Shown here one piece after another: positions 1 to 14,134 of a stretch of 64,000 bases of DNA; positions within the stretch are counted from its first letter, which is position 1; each line of letters starts with the position of its first letter. The position numbers and the translations under genes were made by a program. Origin of the DNA: Trichoplax sp. H2 (Eukaryota); assembly GCA_003344405.1 (NCBI GenBank), contig NOWV01000139.1, positions 124,001-188,000 of the forward strand, written 5' to 3'. Below the pieces are notes generated by a model, which saw only the letters and a list, made by a program, of their open reading frames with translations, was not told the DNA's origin and ran no database searches.

Positions 1-826
1 ATTACCTGTTGAAAGTATAAATAAAGTTCAAGTATTAGCTAGCAGTATCAAAATGAAGAAATTTGAGAAATCTTGAGTATGATACGCTTTAAGTGATGAT
101 TCATATAGAAAGTAAAGATCTTACCCGCAGAAGTATCACAGGTTCTCGTAGCCAAGTCACAGACAGAATATATATCAAGGCAATGTTCACACTTAGAATG
201 GTTATGTAATCAGTTGGTGATACCATTTTTACAGCGTAAAAGAAGCAAGTATAAGATGCAGCTAAAAAAATGGTTATTGGTATAATTCTGATAATGAATC
301 CTTTCGTAAATTTGCCATGATATTGTAAAATGGACGAATCTTCCCTATTTAAACCATAGGTTAATAAAAAAAGCGCTAAAATCAATTATGTTGCATACTA
401 CGGTTCGTATCATTCCAGTTTGCTTTATGAATACTCTTTAATTCGAGAACATTATTGAATCTCTAGATCTTGAGTACTAATTAATACTGTCAATATACTC
501 ACTTCCACATTTCTTTTAAGGATTTTCCAAATATCATGCCAATTGGACAGTAGAGTGGATAACAGATGACTGTCCATGATCTAGCATACCTAGTACACGT
601 AAATATATGGCAACAAAATGGAGAATTTCAGATAGAATAGAAATAAATATGATTACGTTTTGAACTTACCACGTAGCAAATGCTATAGCAGTAAAATTTC
701 CCGATGTAAGATCGCGGCCAAATTGACCTTCTAGTACTACAGCAACTGCCAGTAGTAGTACTGCGACCAAACCCATTGATGATTTGATCGAGTACGTATT
801 GCAATGTTGTTTGCAAGCTTCATCTT
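1..826 (-). CDS. SLC35F3: SLC35F3/F4-like solute carrier, paralogue 1 (partial; 3' end runs off window, first exon not located)
   Basis: Phase-consistent GT-AG exons 826-670, 589-503, 344-125, 5-1 give ...MGLVAVLLLAVAVVLEGQFG...FATWYARSWTVICYPLY...YTCFFYAVKMVSPTDYITILSVNIALIYILSVTWLREPVILLR. Internal exon sizes (87, 220 nt) are identical to the neighbouring paralogue. Family call is from motif recall; F3 vs F4 orthology is not resolved. Confidence 0.75.
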
Positions 827-3800
827 CTAGATAATTAATAAACAGATAAAACTGATCTCAGTTGCGTAAAGAGTTTTGCAACCGCAAGACCTTTAAACAA
901 GTTGCTAGTTGCCAGTTGTAGTAAAGCCCCAAATACAGTATATCCAAGACTAAGATTGCTAGATTGTACGAAAATAGATGAATTGTATGTGAGATTTTAA
1001 GATTGCATGAATAATATGATTATATTTATTGCTTGATAGTCCGTGATAGTTGTTATGCGAACCGAACATATGCATTAAATTAAAGTTTACAAGAAACTGT
1101 AGTTCTTGCTTCATTCTGATTTTGCTTATGTATGTACTGAATTAAGTAACTTTCTCACTAGAGAAAAATCATATTGAACAATTTTAAAAGTTCCTATATT
1201 CGTGTGATGTAAAAGATTGTAACCGAATGATATGTAAATACATGATCTTGATCGACAGTCGAGTTGATATGAATAACTATAGCACTTTGAAGCTGTTCTG
1301 CTGAGTTTCGAAATTGAATTTCTCCTGTTATATCGTTATTACTTTCTGAAGTTGTTAGTAAGACCACAAGCTGCGCGAATTTTGAAAAATTCGTGCCATT
1401 AATATGAAACATGTCATGGTGTATTATTTATTCTAAAGAAACCCTACTTTTTTACTTTAAAGTTAAAATTCAATTCCTGATATACCGTCACAAACCTTTT
1501 TCCGATATTTGAGTTTGATTTTCGTTTTCTCTCATATTTACTTATAGGATACTAAAGTTATTGATAAATAAAAATGAAATTGCAATTTTTTGATGATTTA
1601 TTAATACGAATTGAACCCGATTCTGAGCTCCTGTATGTACTGAAGTTAGAGATGTTGTTATTAATACACATCCTAATGACTATCACGATCAGGGTTTGTG
1701 TATAATTAAATGCCCCTTGCTATACAGAAAAAAAATTCAAAACCTAAGAAATTCATAAATCTTATTAAGAATTGACTAAGGTCACGTATAAGATATTACA
1801 TTCAACTTTACAATACAATGTTAATGCTTATCTTAAAACTAGAGGTGGCATTATAACGCTGGGAAATGATTGAATAACTGGTTCTGAGACATACTTGATT
1901 GCACTGGAGCTACTTTAAACATACATACTATTATCAATTGCTCATCAATACTCATATATTAATAGTATTAATTTTACTTCCATTGATTAAGTGATAGACA
2001 AAACTACGGCTGGGAGGGAAGAATTACGGTGCTCAATGTTACTAGTTTATTGAATACTCCCAAGGGTGCAAATTTTAAACGAAGATATAAACGGATCATT
2101 TAAGAATGCATTAATAATGTAAATTTACTGTTTAGCAGTACCCCATATCTTTGAATCCTTAGATACTATTGCTACTGGTATCGTGTATCAATAAAGTAAT
2201 GCATTCTCTCGATTGCGCTCCCCTTCGTTAAATCGATAGCAATATCACACGGCTACAATACCATAGAGATTTCATCGTATAAACCTTTCCAATATTTACT
2301 CATAAAAGAATATTCGGGACGTGTTAATGGGTTGATGGTTACGGCATTTAAAATTATGGCACGAAGCCTTCATATTTTGCTATCAGCTACTATATTTTCG
2401 CTAAATCATAATTATAATAAATTGAATACAAAGAATTAATGTAACAGTGGATGAAGTTTTCTAGTCAAAAACTGACTTAACGCAAACAGAATTAAAATTT
2501 TTAATTCCTAGTGTGCATACCAGAAGCTATACAAAAGTTTATATTTTACATTCGTTAAAGTATGAATTTAAAATCATCATCAAACTATTTCGTACTTGTA
2601 AAGTAAAATGAATGATTAGTCTTATTTTATACTAATTTACTGACAATGTGATAGATTGAAAATCAGTACCTGATGGCGGTAAATGGATGTTTGTTGCTGA
2701 TGCTAAATAAGCGTCGAATTAGTCCAGAACCTTAAGTAATGTCAAGGCAATTTAAACAATGTTTGAGTGAGAGATAAGACAGTGGTATTATTTATTTTTC
2801 ACTAGATTGATAATTAGGCGTCTACTCTAGCTTCTTCTATTAATACTAGTATTCAAAAGCTTTTTCTTGAGGCCAAGGAAATCAAGGTACGATAGAGCTT
2901 GTGAATTAGTAATATCTCTTTAAATGAATTGTTGCACTAAGGAAAACTGATCTTGTCAGTTTAATTTGTATATAAGAATAATGTTTAGGATAGAAAACTT
3001 TTTCTTCATTGTCTCATTTTTTTATGCATGTTGATAATTAAATTAATATTGTAAGCATGCGCCTGAAACTGGATAACTTGAAGTTAATAGGCTAATTTTC
3101 TATTTTCAGACTCTTTGTTTATTAATAATTCCGATAGAAGAGCTCAAGGGTGTTGCTTCATGTTGTATATTTATACAGTAATTGCTCTACAGAAAAATTC
3201 ACTGTTAATTGTACTCTTTATGCTGAAGTAAGAATGGTCTACAATGCTGAAAATTAATCGTAATCAATTTGCCGACGATCATAGTTGATTTAATCGCAAT
3301 GAAAGGTTTAGACAAAACATTAGCGGCCGCAATGGTTTCCCTACTACTGTGATTGTAGTTTACTAAAACATCGCGTATCATAATAGCTTTAAAGTCGGAC
3401 CCTCTTTTAAATCATATTTTCTAATATGTAAACCTTGAAGCCAACTTTAAATCACTTAATGTGCTATAAACTGCAATTTTTATATATTTACACCATTTTT
3501 TGCAACCGAGTAGCCAATTAAATATAATATCTAAGCCAAAACTTGTTGATACTTTATGGCGATTACAAAATAGGTTTCCGTCTAAGTCGGATTCCAAATA
3601 ATAACAGCTACCTTGCTTAAAGCAAAATGCCTCACAGTAAGATTTAAAAAGAACTACATTAATATGTTACAACTGAAGCAATGTAATAAGTATAGTATCA
3701 ATTTATTCAAAAACCAGAGATATTATAAAATACTTACGAAGTGATATACCCGTATTATTCTAAATATATTCAGTAAGCTAGATGGATAGCTATATTCTTA

Positions 3801-6665
3801 CAACTGCAAGAATACGCTGAAATAGAACTTGGTTATTTTTAGCTACCAGAATTATTTAAACTAAATGAAAACAGCAATTAAATAATAATTTAGGCAACAC
3901 TGCTAACATTCGTAGCGATTAATATCTAGCTAAGGCTATAACAGGTTAAAGGTCCGAATTATAAGCTAAGATAGTGCTCTACAATACATTTTTATTGTGA
4001 TGTTTGAATACTTTAATGATATGGAAGATATTTTTATTGTAATATAGCTAGAAAATGCAGCTAAATTTGGACAGTAGAGAATGATAAATAGCAGGACAGC
4101 ACTATTAAGTTGTTATGTTTCGAGTTGACTAAAGCTGCAGGATACGTAATTCTGCTACAAATTCTTACCGAATTGGAATCAACATGGATCGAGATCTCTA
4201 GCTTGAATCAGCTACAGAATATTGGTCAGATAGCAATCAGCTTACATCAATTATGCTTTAAATATAATAAAAAGTGAAGCACTTTACTAAGATTTAATGA
4301 AAGTAGTATATTACCTTCCAAACATAAATAGAAAAACAATATATTGAAGTATTTTCAGACAAAATGGATGCGATTGAAAATTTGTCGGTTCAGTTTATAT
4401 ATTTTGTTCTTGGACTCTACCACTGTGCGATAGGATCTATATTAAGCTACAAAATAAACTGTGAATATCTCGGTTCTATTTTTTGTTGCCAAAGTGTCTT
4501 TGATATTTTCTGTACATGAGCCTACTTACAGTAGCTATAGCTATTAATATTGGACTTCTACACGACTGAAGTTCACGTTGAAGATCAATGCTTATTTTGA
4601 AAAAAAATGAAGGATTTTATGGCCTATTACCACGAAGCAAAATACTAGTAAACATCGCGGATTTATAGAAATAAATATTACCTTATACTGGTAGCAAAAT
4701 TTAGAACGGAATTATTTACATGATTGAGCCGGATACTCTACTTTCACTAATACTATCATCTTGGTTTGGAGTATTACATTAACATTGCAATAAGACGTTT
4801 CGAAAGCCTAAAGTTATCTATTGCTCTTCTACTGAATGAACAGTTATTAAATGATACTAAACGAAGAAATACGCTGATGCATAAATTAAATTTTAAAATT
4901 GCATTGGATAAATTTTATTAGCATGGCGAAGCACAATTTATATTAGGAATGAGATTATTACGATTGAAACCACTGTCTTCGAATTCAGCTGCTATAGTAT
5001 TGCAATCTTTTCAATAGAAATATAAAAATAATTTCCAAACAGATAATAGCATTTGGAAATTTGATAAATAGCTTTAGTAATAATCAATGTCATGCGAAAA
5101 TGTGTATACAATATCTTCAAGGTAGAAAAAAATTCTCCTCAATAACAATTCTCTTTGTACCAAAAGTTGACTATAATATTAAAATTTATTTTAGAGTTGA
5201 AATATTCATAACAATTTAACAAATATCTCTTGATTATACTTATAATTACAGCTAGATCGCATCGTATAAAAAAATTCATAAGGTAGCCTTAAGACTGTAC
5301 TTACTGGGTATATTTAATGGACTAAAGTTCTATAATAATCAGTAGATTAAAATTAAGTGTTAATTAACTGATTATCTGATAGATCAGTAAAGCTAAGATC
5401 ATATAGGCTAGATATCAGAAAAAATCTTGAACTTTGCAGTTATTCCCAATTGCTTAAGTGGTAAAAATATACTTCTTGTGATATAACTCAGATAATAAAC
5501 GATCGAATTGTGGATTGCCGATCTGTTTATACTGAATAATCGTTCATATGTTTATGTATCAATGGCACTTTGTGAATATTCATTTTGAATGCCCGCGAGA
5601 ACTTGTAATTTAAATAAAATTTAACATTTAAATTTTCTATTTTTGCATATTAAAGACTTTTAGCAGCGGCGCCTTTGCATAATTAAATATCGAAGATTGG
5701 GTTAATTAATTGTTCTACATTAATTACAATTGCAGTAGTTGATGATTTTTGATCTGACTAGGTATCTAAGAACAGGTTAAGAAACTACTATAAACAATCA
5801 AATTACCAAAATTTCATGAAATACGGTACTCTAGAAACCACCAACACTGAATGAACAAGTACTTCGAATTATGATGGTGCAAAATTAAAATATTTAAGTT
5901 GACTAATAACTTAACCCACGTGGAGACATTAAAATGTTATGATCATTCACAAGATTGATACTTAATGAACAATGACGTACACAATTCTGGGATTTACAAA
6001 TTTTATTGTTTTGAATATGTGCTCAAAATAGCGCAATGAATATACTTAAACAGTTATAATTGGAGAAGGTTAATTAAAAATTTATCTTTAAATAGTATTA
6101 CAGGTTTAGACTAATTCTATGGAAATAATGTATGCGTTAGTCGATAACTATTTATTGCAAAAACAAACGTATATCAGGTACTGCATATTTAGAATATAAC
6201 AGATCGCAACTTCACTCTCATGATACTTGAAAGGCAAAGTAAATTCTGAAATTATTGCTAAGTAATGGCTCTTACAGCACGAAGGATAAAATAAATGTCG
6301 CTCAATTTCAATTAGAAAATACAATTATCAAAATAATTTTTAAATACATTTAATCCGAATATGAACGCACATGCGCAGCTTTGCTATTTAACCTTCTTTA
6401 TCGAGATTTTATACATTTAAAATTTGCAGTATTACGTAAGTACTGTATATATATACATTAATTTCGAAAATCAAATTAAAAAATTAAAAAATACGATTAT
6501 TTTTGTCTTGTATGATTTTAAGGTCGAATTAAATAGAAATGCAGTAGCAAATTATTTTAATTTAACTTAATAAAGATTTTAAAGAATAATATCAAGTATC
6601 TATAGCTGACTCATAAAAGGTAGTTAAAGTATTATTGCAGTATTTATGACCGATATTGTGCAGAA

Positions 6666-8518
6666 TTACAGGGTAACTTTTCTATAGCAGCAAGGAACCA
6701 TCCATCGTGATAGACGACGCGCTTTATCAACTGGAATTAGTAATATGAGGAAGCTTGAACAAATAAGGAATACGCCAAAGATCTTAATGCCATCAAATAT
6801 AATATGACGATATATTACATCCACGAAAGCATTGCCAGGAATACTAAGTAGCATACCAACTGCTACGAATATTGGAAAACTCACGGCAGTACCAAGAAAA
6901 ATTAAAGCACTGACGAGGAGAGAAAATATAGAAGTCACATTGAGCTCATACCAAGGGATAGTTTCCCATTCGATGGTCTCAATCCCAAGTGAAGTCGCTA
7001 CTAAAATTAGTGGCCATGAGAAGAGTACAATAAGAGCGCAAACTACGGTGAGTAAAAGGGAAGCTTGACCAACTGATGGGTCAGGAAGCACAAGCTTTAG
7101 ATATACCTAAAGTCATAATAAAAGTTATAACGTAAGTACTTAAAGAATTAGCCGTTGAAAATACATATTACGTCATATGTCGATAAGTACTGGCTAAGTA
7201 ACATATTTAATCAATAATAAACAAGATAAAATTAAACATTATACCCTGTAGATAGCTGTCAAAACTGCAACAGATAACGAAAAAATGATTCCCAAAATGC
7301 TTGATCCATGTAATCCGTAAGAATAAGCGAAGACGAAAACGCCAGTCATGGCTGCAACCACTGCAATGACCTATGGAAATGTGATTTAAATATTATATTT
7401 ACCTGAGGTTTTCAATGGCAATGTATTATTGTAGAAATATACCAAATAATACAAATTTAATTATATAATTTTATTTATGTAGTAAAACGAAATGTTTCAA
7501 ATTACCCTTAAAGCTAGTAATGGTTCTTTTAACCAATATATCGATAGAATATATATCAGTGCAATGTTGACAGCCATTACAGCTGAACAATCGCTAGGAG
7601 GGCTTATATCCAAGGCATAATAATAAAAGTAATATGCGGAATTATAAATTACGGTCACTGGGAGGACTTTTTTGAAAAAGCCTTGTTTATAATTTCCGTC
7701 TTGCTTCAATACAACACAATCCTCACTGCGAATGGAAAATTATTTTAAGTTTGTTTTTGCCAAACCGATGATTTCATTACAGCTGATCAAATTTAAAGCT
7801 ACCATTTTGATATTAACAGCGATAACAAATAATAATATAATATGCAGTAAGCTGTTTAAGAATTTTAGCATTAGGTAATATCAAGATACTAGAATTCGAA
7901 TAGATAGAGAATAAGTGTCGATTCTAGCTTAATTAAAGGATAATACTTTGTAGACACTCCTTTCTATTAGTAGATTTTTATTCATTACTTGTATCGCACG
8001 CGAAAAATATTTCGCCTCACTGATTTTAATAATCATTGTTGATATATCCAGTTTATGATCTTTATAAGCTAATGACCTATTTCTTTTAAACTGATATAGT
8101 GACTAAAATCCTTGAATCAATTAATGTTAAACTATAATAAAAAGTAGTAAAGACTAATATTTATTTCTATGTGGTGAAAAATAAGACGAACCTCCACATG
8201 GATTTTAGCGATTTGCCAGTCATAAGACCAAATAGGCAGTAGCAAGGATATATTAATATCGAGAAATTTCGTCCATACCTATTATTTATATGAAATATTC
8301 AATTAATTGTCGTCATATTTAGAACATAAGAATAAATTTACTCACCAGGTCGCAAATGTAAAAGCTGTAAAATTTAATGATGCCATAGAATTCGCAAACT
8401 GTATTTCAACTGTACTTGTTATTGCCAATAACAAGACTATCAGGAGGCCTACCCATGTTTTCGCAGAACTGCTACTACTCTTATCAGGTTGCTCACTTTG
8501 TTCTGCTTCTATTATCAT
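6666..8518 (-). CDS. SLC35F3: SLC35F3/F4-like solute carrier, paralogue 2
   Basis: Exons ~8518(or 8508)-8346, 8278-8192, 7725-7506, 7370-7245, 7106-6666. Multi-TM protein with YYYALDISPPSDCSAVMAVNIALIYILSIYWLKEPL and FPIFVAVGMLLSIPGNAFVDV. The start is uncertain: ATG at 8518 or an upstream exon splicing to 8508. Confidence 0.8.
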
Positions 8519-10730
8519 CAATTCAAGATAGTAAATTATCGAGTTTAGCTAGAAAGATATTGAAACCAATCATATCTGATAGGATATCTTAATTTGGAAT
8601 GATGGAACTCTTTAACTACAGAGTAATTCACAGTCATGACAAATGAATATTATTAATACAATATTCTACAGTATCGAAAGGGTCCACTAATATTAATTCG
8701 TACCAAAATTTTCCTAATTAATCTATAACTTAAAACTGAATACGACAGCTAATATAAATATACATGGAGATTTGATGCTAGTATTTAAGACATGGAATAC
8801 TTCGTAGATACTGTCTGCAGCTAAGTAAAGTGCGTGTCTGATTATCATTTATGCTTAGTCTGGTAGAAACTTAATGGCTAAAATTAAAAATTGGGTATTA
8901 GAAGGGAAATAATAAATCGTATGGTAGGCCTCAGTTAATATATTTAATAAGTAAAGTGATCTAGCAAGGTAGATATCATCAAAATATCCTGCTAAACTAC
9001 ATAGATGTCAAAAGGAATTTATTTTCTTTCAGATGTATAATTAAATTAAGAAATTCGTAAATTAACATGATGAACTATCATATTAAAACTCGTAATTCAA
9101 TGGTAAATTTCAAAAAGTCGAAGCAATTGTAGTTGTTAGTAGTCTTATGAAATATTTTCGCTAAAAGTAAATTAAAAAAAATAGCAATGCACATCCATGC
9201 AAAGTATCTATCCAATTCAAGTTAAAGCTACTTATAGTTGTTAACTACATGAAGAAATAAATTCTTAAATAAATTACAAAGTTAAGAGCAATATGGGTAC
9301 ATTCAATTTAAGCTTATGCAGCACATGGATGAGATTCATACATTTAAAATAAACAGAATTTCCTTCCTATAATTTTGATAATGAATGCATACTGCGCTAT
9401 TTATTTATAATAGCTTGTGCTATCGTAGAGTTGATGGGTAACATGTTTCATTTGTAAATCTATGTCAGTCTAGTAAATTTTTGTCGACTTTGTCAGTACT
9501 TTACTTTCACATGTGTAAATTGAGGTTAATCTTACGGTATTATAAAAAATTGATATTAACTCAATTACGACTAGTAGTTAGTCCTAACTGAGTGATAATA
9601 CACTTATGCAGCAGTAGGCACATTGATAGTATTTGATACGTATTACTTTAAACATTGATTTATAGTATTAGCTCCTGATATCTTAAAATATTATTACATG
9701 TTCTATATCCGTTAGCCAGTTCTATATACATTCATGATATTATTAGGATTATTCTAATTATGCTATGCTATTCGAAAGGATAAAAAAATAATTCTATTTT
9801 ATGTACATGTAATAATTTAGTGTATAGTTTGTAATGTGTTCATGATTGATTCGCACCTTTAGGACATTCGAGATCTATGTCGACTTTAACTTGTTTGGTC
9901 ATGTTGATGGTATATTGGTTAGCTAATTTTTTGTAGTGATTTCTTGGAAAATAATAGTTCTAAATTCATGTACAAAATTATAACGTAGAATGCATTAACA
10001 AATCTTTCCGGAAAGGGTAATCTAGTTTTTAAGAATAAATCCACGCTAATGTTAGATTCGGATTGAATGGAGGTATCTGTTATGATTAGAATTATAAAAT
10101 TTTTTTAAGATATCTTTAATTAAATTTCGAAAAATCTACCTTGAGTTGAGCTGATGTTAGGCTTTAACCTTCGTAATTAGAACCGTGATTGAAATTCACG
10201 ATCACGGTAGAAAATGTGGAGTACTTGTTGCTGACGACGTTTATTCGATTTGATCTATCAGTAAGCGTGGCGAGCTTAAATAGTTTCTGCTTCTATAGAA
10301 TACATTGCTATTAAACCGGTTGTTATTTATGTTATTTAAGAGGGCCTGCTGGGTAGTAAGTATCATTCTCACGGTCTTTTTCTGTATATAGATGAGTCTG
10401 TACGAGTCTGTATAATTTAATTTTTAGTAATGTTTAATTTAGCTTGAATATTTCTTTCATACTAGTAACAATGATTCTGTATATTTAGAATTTGCCTTGA
10501 TTAAACTTACTTTGCAAATTCATATTAAGTGCACTTGATATCGCCCATACACGTCAGCATTTTTTCTGATTTCCTATAGTATCATTATAAAATTTCGCTC
10601 ACGCTTGATAAGTTAGCCCTGAAACCAGTTTTCATGCCTGCAACTGGTTTAGTAAACAGGTTTATTATAAGCAAACGGAATGCAAGATAATTAGGCTTTT
10701 AGGATAATATTTTATAATTTAACTACAGCT

Positions 10731-10948
10731 AAAATGCTTTCTAATTGGACAGAATGCCACTTAATGTAACCAAAATGACGTAATCCTATCAACTTTATCA
10801 AGATAAGATTACTAATATTTGAAAATATTTTATAAAATCTAATGACTTCTAAAATGCATTCCAATTGGCAGGATGCTCACTTAATGTAGCCAAAATGATG
10901 CAATTCCGTGAACTTTATCTAGACAGCATCTTTAATATTGTTAAAAAT
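10731..10948. repeat. Diverged tandem duplication, ~120-bp period
   Basis: aaaatgctttctaattggacagaatgccacttaatgtaaccaaaatgacg...aactttatc (10731) vs aaaatgcattccaattggcaggatgctcacttaatgtagccaaaatgatg...aactttatc (10851). Confidence 0.85.
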
Positions 10949-13900
10949 GAGCTGTTCTCATAAAAATGAATAAATCTACCTTGTAAGTTAATAGTATCAT
11001 CTCTCAATTATTTGTTTAGGAATCCATACGAGGCCTTACAATCATAACTAGCTCGTCAATGAAATAATATACAGATGCTATGTAATCAAAGATAGTATCT
11101 GGTTTAATATTACCTTTAACCCTGATAATTTGTATCAGAGTACAATGTCTTTTTATATTTAAAGGCAGATATTAACTCTTATAGATTAACTTAGAAAATA
11201 ATTTTAATTGCACGCTTAAAACCTTCAGAAAGAAAATTTTACTATAAGTTAAAATCAAAGCTGATGATGTAATGATATATCTGCGTGTAAGAGAGCAATT
11301 AAGAAAATTTAGTTGGATGATAAAGTACTGTACATTTTTACATTCCATTTTTGTAGGTTATATCGAATGAAATTATATTGCGATTGTACACTTTTATTTG
11401 GGACATCAAATTATGTCGATAAGAGAATAAAGCATCCTAATAGAATAGAATAGAATGTTGTGTAAATTATCGCATCATGGTGTCGCATTGAAATTCATTC
11501 GTTTAGTAAAACAGGCTATTGTTAGACAATTTGCGTCGAAATGTAATTCTTATATTTGTACAGATGTAAATAATCATCAATACTTAGTAGGCAAGTGCGG
11601 TAATCCTTCACGCAACTTTAATTTTGTTTAACTGTATTGTTACATCAATAAATAAATAAGCGTATACTAATTTCTGAAGGTTATATCTCCTATGGTAGCT
11701 TATAATGATCTAAATGAAATGAAGTTGTTAGGAATTGCAACACCTTAATTATCCTGACCAAGAGAGGCTTCCCGCTACGTCAAAGTCTGGTTTGATCAGA
11801 AATTCTATCGGATACATCATTAAAGCAGCCCTAACATAGCCTCAACTTTCTTGATAAACCTTTCCTGATGATTAAAGGGATCTGGTGTTAGTGCATCTAT
11901 CGCAAATCAGTTTTTACAATGGATAATATCTGTGCTGGATTATTTGGTAGGAATTCAACTAAAGTATGTTTATTTATTCAAATGCTGGTTTACATTTTAT
12001 TAATAACAACTCGTGATAAGCATCGGTTTCTGGCTCTATGTTCATCCAAGTCAAATGGGTCACACAAATTGAGTTATAAGTTTGGAGGACTGACAGGGTA
12101 ATTATTAACGAAAAAGGGTCATTGTTATCTAAATTATTATCAATAGTCAGCAATTGCATTTATCCTTCTTCGAGCTATATAGTCGCCCAACATATTGCCC
12201 AGCTTCGGGATTTACTGCTACTGATAATCTACCATTATGGTGCAATAAGCAAATCTTGCAGTAAATTACACTCTAGACTTTAATGCGTGATTTTGGATGC
12301 TTTCCTTAGTCAGAAGTCATTTTTAGCGGTTAAACTAATCGAAGCTATGTTTAAATCTGTTTTATTAGCCTTAAAAAATTTCGTCAACATTAGCCAAGAA
12401 CAATTTGATTATTATCTATTCTAGAAAAGTTTTAAAGTGAAAAACTGTATGAGTATATTAAGAATAGCTTGCCATATATGCCTATCGGATCATTGGTAAA
12501 TGCCATTCGTCTTCAAGATATAAAAGTAGCTTAATACTCCGATCAGAATTTTTTATTCTAAAAATCCAAAAGTAGTATTGAAACTCTTATAGCCATGGAA
12601 GGTTTTAGTATAGAAAGTTACTGTAGAATAGAAATAGATTTATCTGAAGTATTTAAAATGTGCTTAATCAAAGGTTCAATCTTGGTGTTTGTACTAACGA
12701 ACAAAATTTTAACCATAACCGAGTAGATATTCTAAATAATTATCATTACCCAGTGCCGTTATTTATGCATGGCTTGCTTTGTATCGTTCTCAGCTCATTT
12801 CTGCAGGGGCTAAATTTTATGATGTACAACAAAATATATTAATCATAGCCTCTGCATGTTGACTATGTGCTATATCACATATTGATGTGCAAGATAAGCT
12901 AGACTTGGAAAGGTGGCTAAGCTAACGTTAAATTTCTACCTCATGCGAGATACTGTGTAACGCACTCCCAAAATTTACAATTACCGTACATTACGTACTA
13001 TAAAACTAAAAGGACAATAAATTTATAAATTAATAAGGTAGCTTATGAGACCAAAGTTCTAATTTAAAATATAATTAATTACCTAAGTACATTAGGCTAT
13101 CGGATACATACGGCATGCAAATAGCCATATGCCACCCAATACACGTAGTGGAATTTTGTTCCAGGGTAAGGCATGAAGACATTGTCTATATGTTATAGAT
13201 TAATAGACGCAGGAGTAATTAAATAATAGGAAGGTAAGTATCCGTCTGAATAAAATAAATGTAGACGTGACAGATTGTGTTTACGTATTTTCGGTCTTAC
13301 TATTTGAATATGTGCTTATCGCTGGCAAACATTTGGGTTTATTGCATGAAGGTTACACCGGACTTATAGCTATTTTATCGAAGAGCATCTAACTCTGCAG
13401 ATATTACTCAAAGTATAGAAACACTCAAATCAGAACTTGAAAGCATTGAACATTTTGTGCTGGGTATCATTGCTAGCCACAACAGCAACAAGCAACAAAT
13501 GCTCATGAGTTTTGATGTCTTTCAAAGGTTAGATCTGATGCTCTGTTCTATGCTTTACTGTTCAAATTGCTTGTAGTGCACAAAGAAATTTTAAGCACAA
13601 GCTTGACATCAGGTAGCGTTAAATTTGTATCACCTTGAAAACAGATCATGGATTGCTGTTTAGTCATTTTCTTGTGATAAGTCTACAATTAAAAGCTAAA
13701 ATATCTTCATAACAGCTACTACAATATTTATGAGAGTAATCTGAATACCTACAAATATAAATATACCGAAGACTTTCATATGCAGATGTACAGACATGCA
13801 GACACACAGACTAATCGAAGTATTATTCAAATCAATGCTCTAACTAGTCTAAAAATGATATTTTATATTAAATTACAGCTCCTAATTTAATTTGCATTAA

Positions 13901-14134
13901 AATGTAATTACTTTTTTGAAATCAAGCATATACAGTAGAGATTATTATTTCATAATTAATTTATTTGCAATATATCAGCGTAAGCCATGAAAATGTGAGC
14001 TAGCTATTGTACATATTTTATGTACGATGTAACGGTATTTATAAAAGGATTCTCAAACAAAGTTTGTCAATTATTTCGGATCGGATATCAAAAATTTTTC
14101 CAACGGCTGTTGTGAATCCAAAGCAGAGAAAACG

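Noticed and set aside
10182-10208. Small hairpin ACCGTGAT...ATCACGGT
   Set aside because: Only an 8-bp stem with no IRE or other known loop; compatible with chance.
11700-12800. Possible decayed coding sequence or transposon
   Set aside because: Short interrupted frames with no recognisable motif; would need BLASTX/RepeatMasker.
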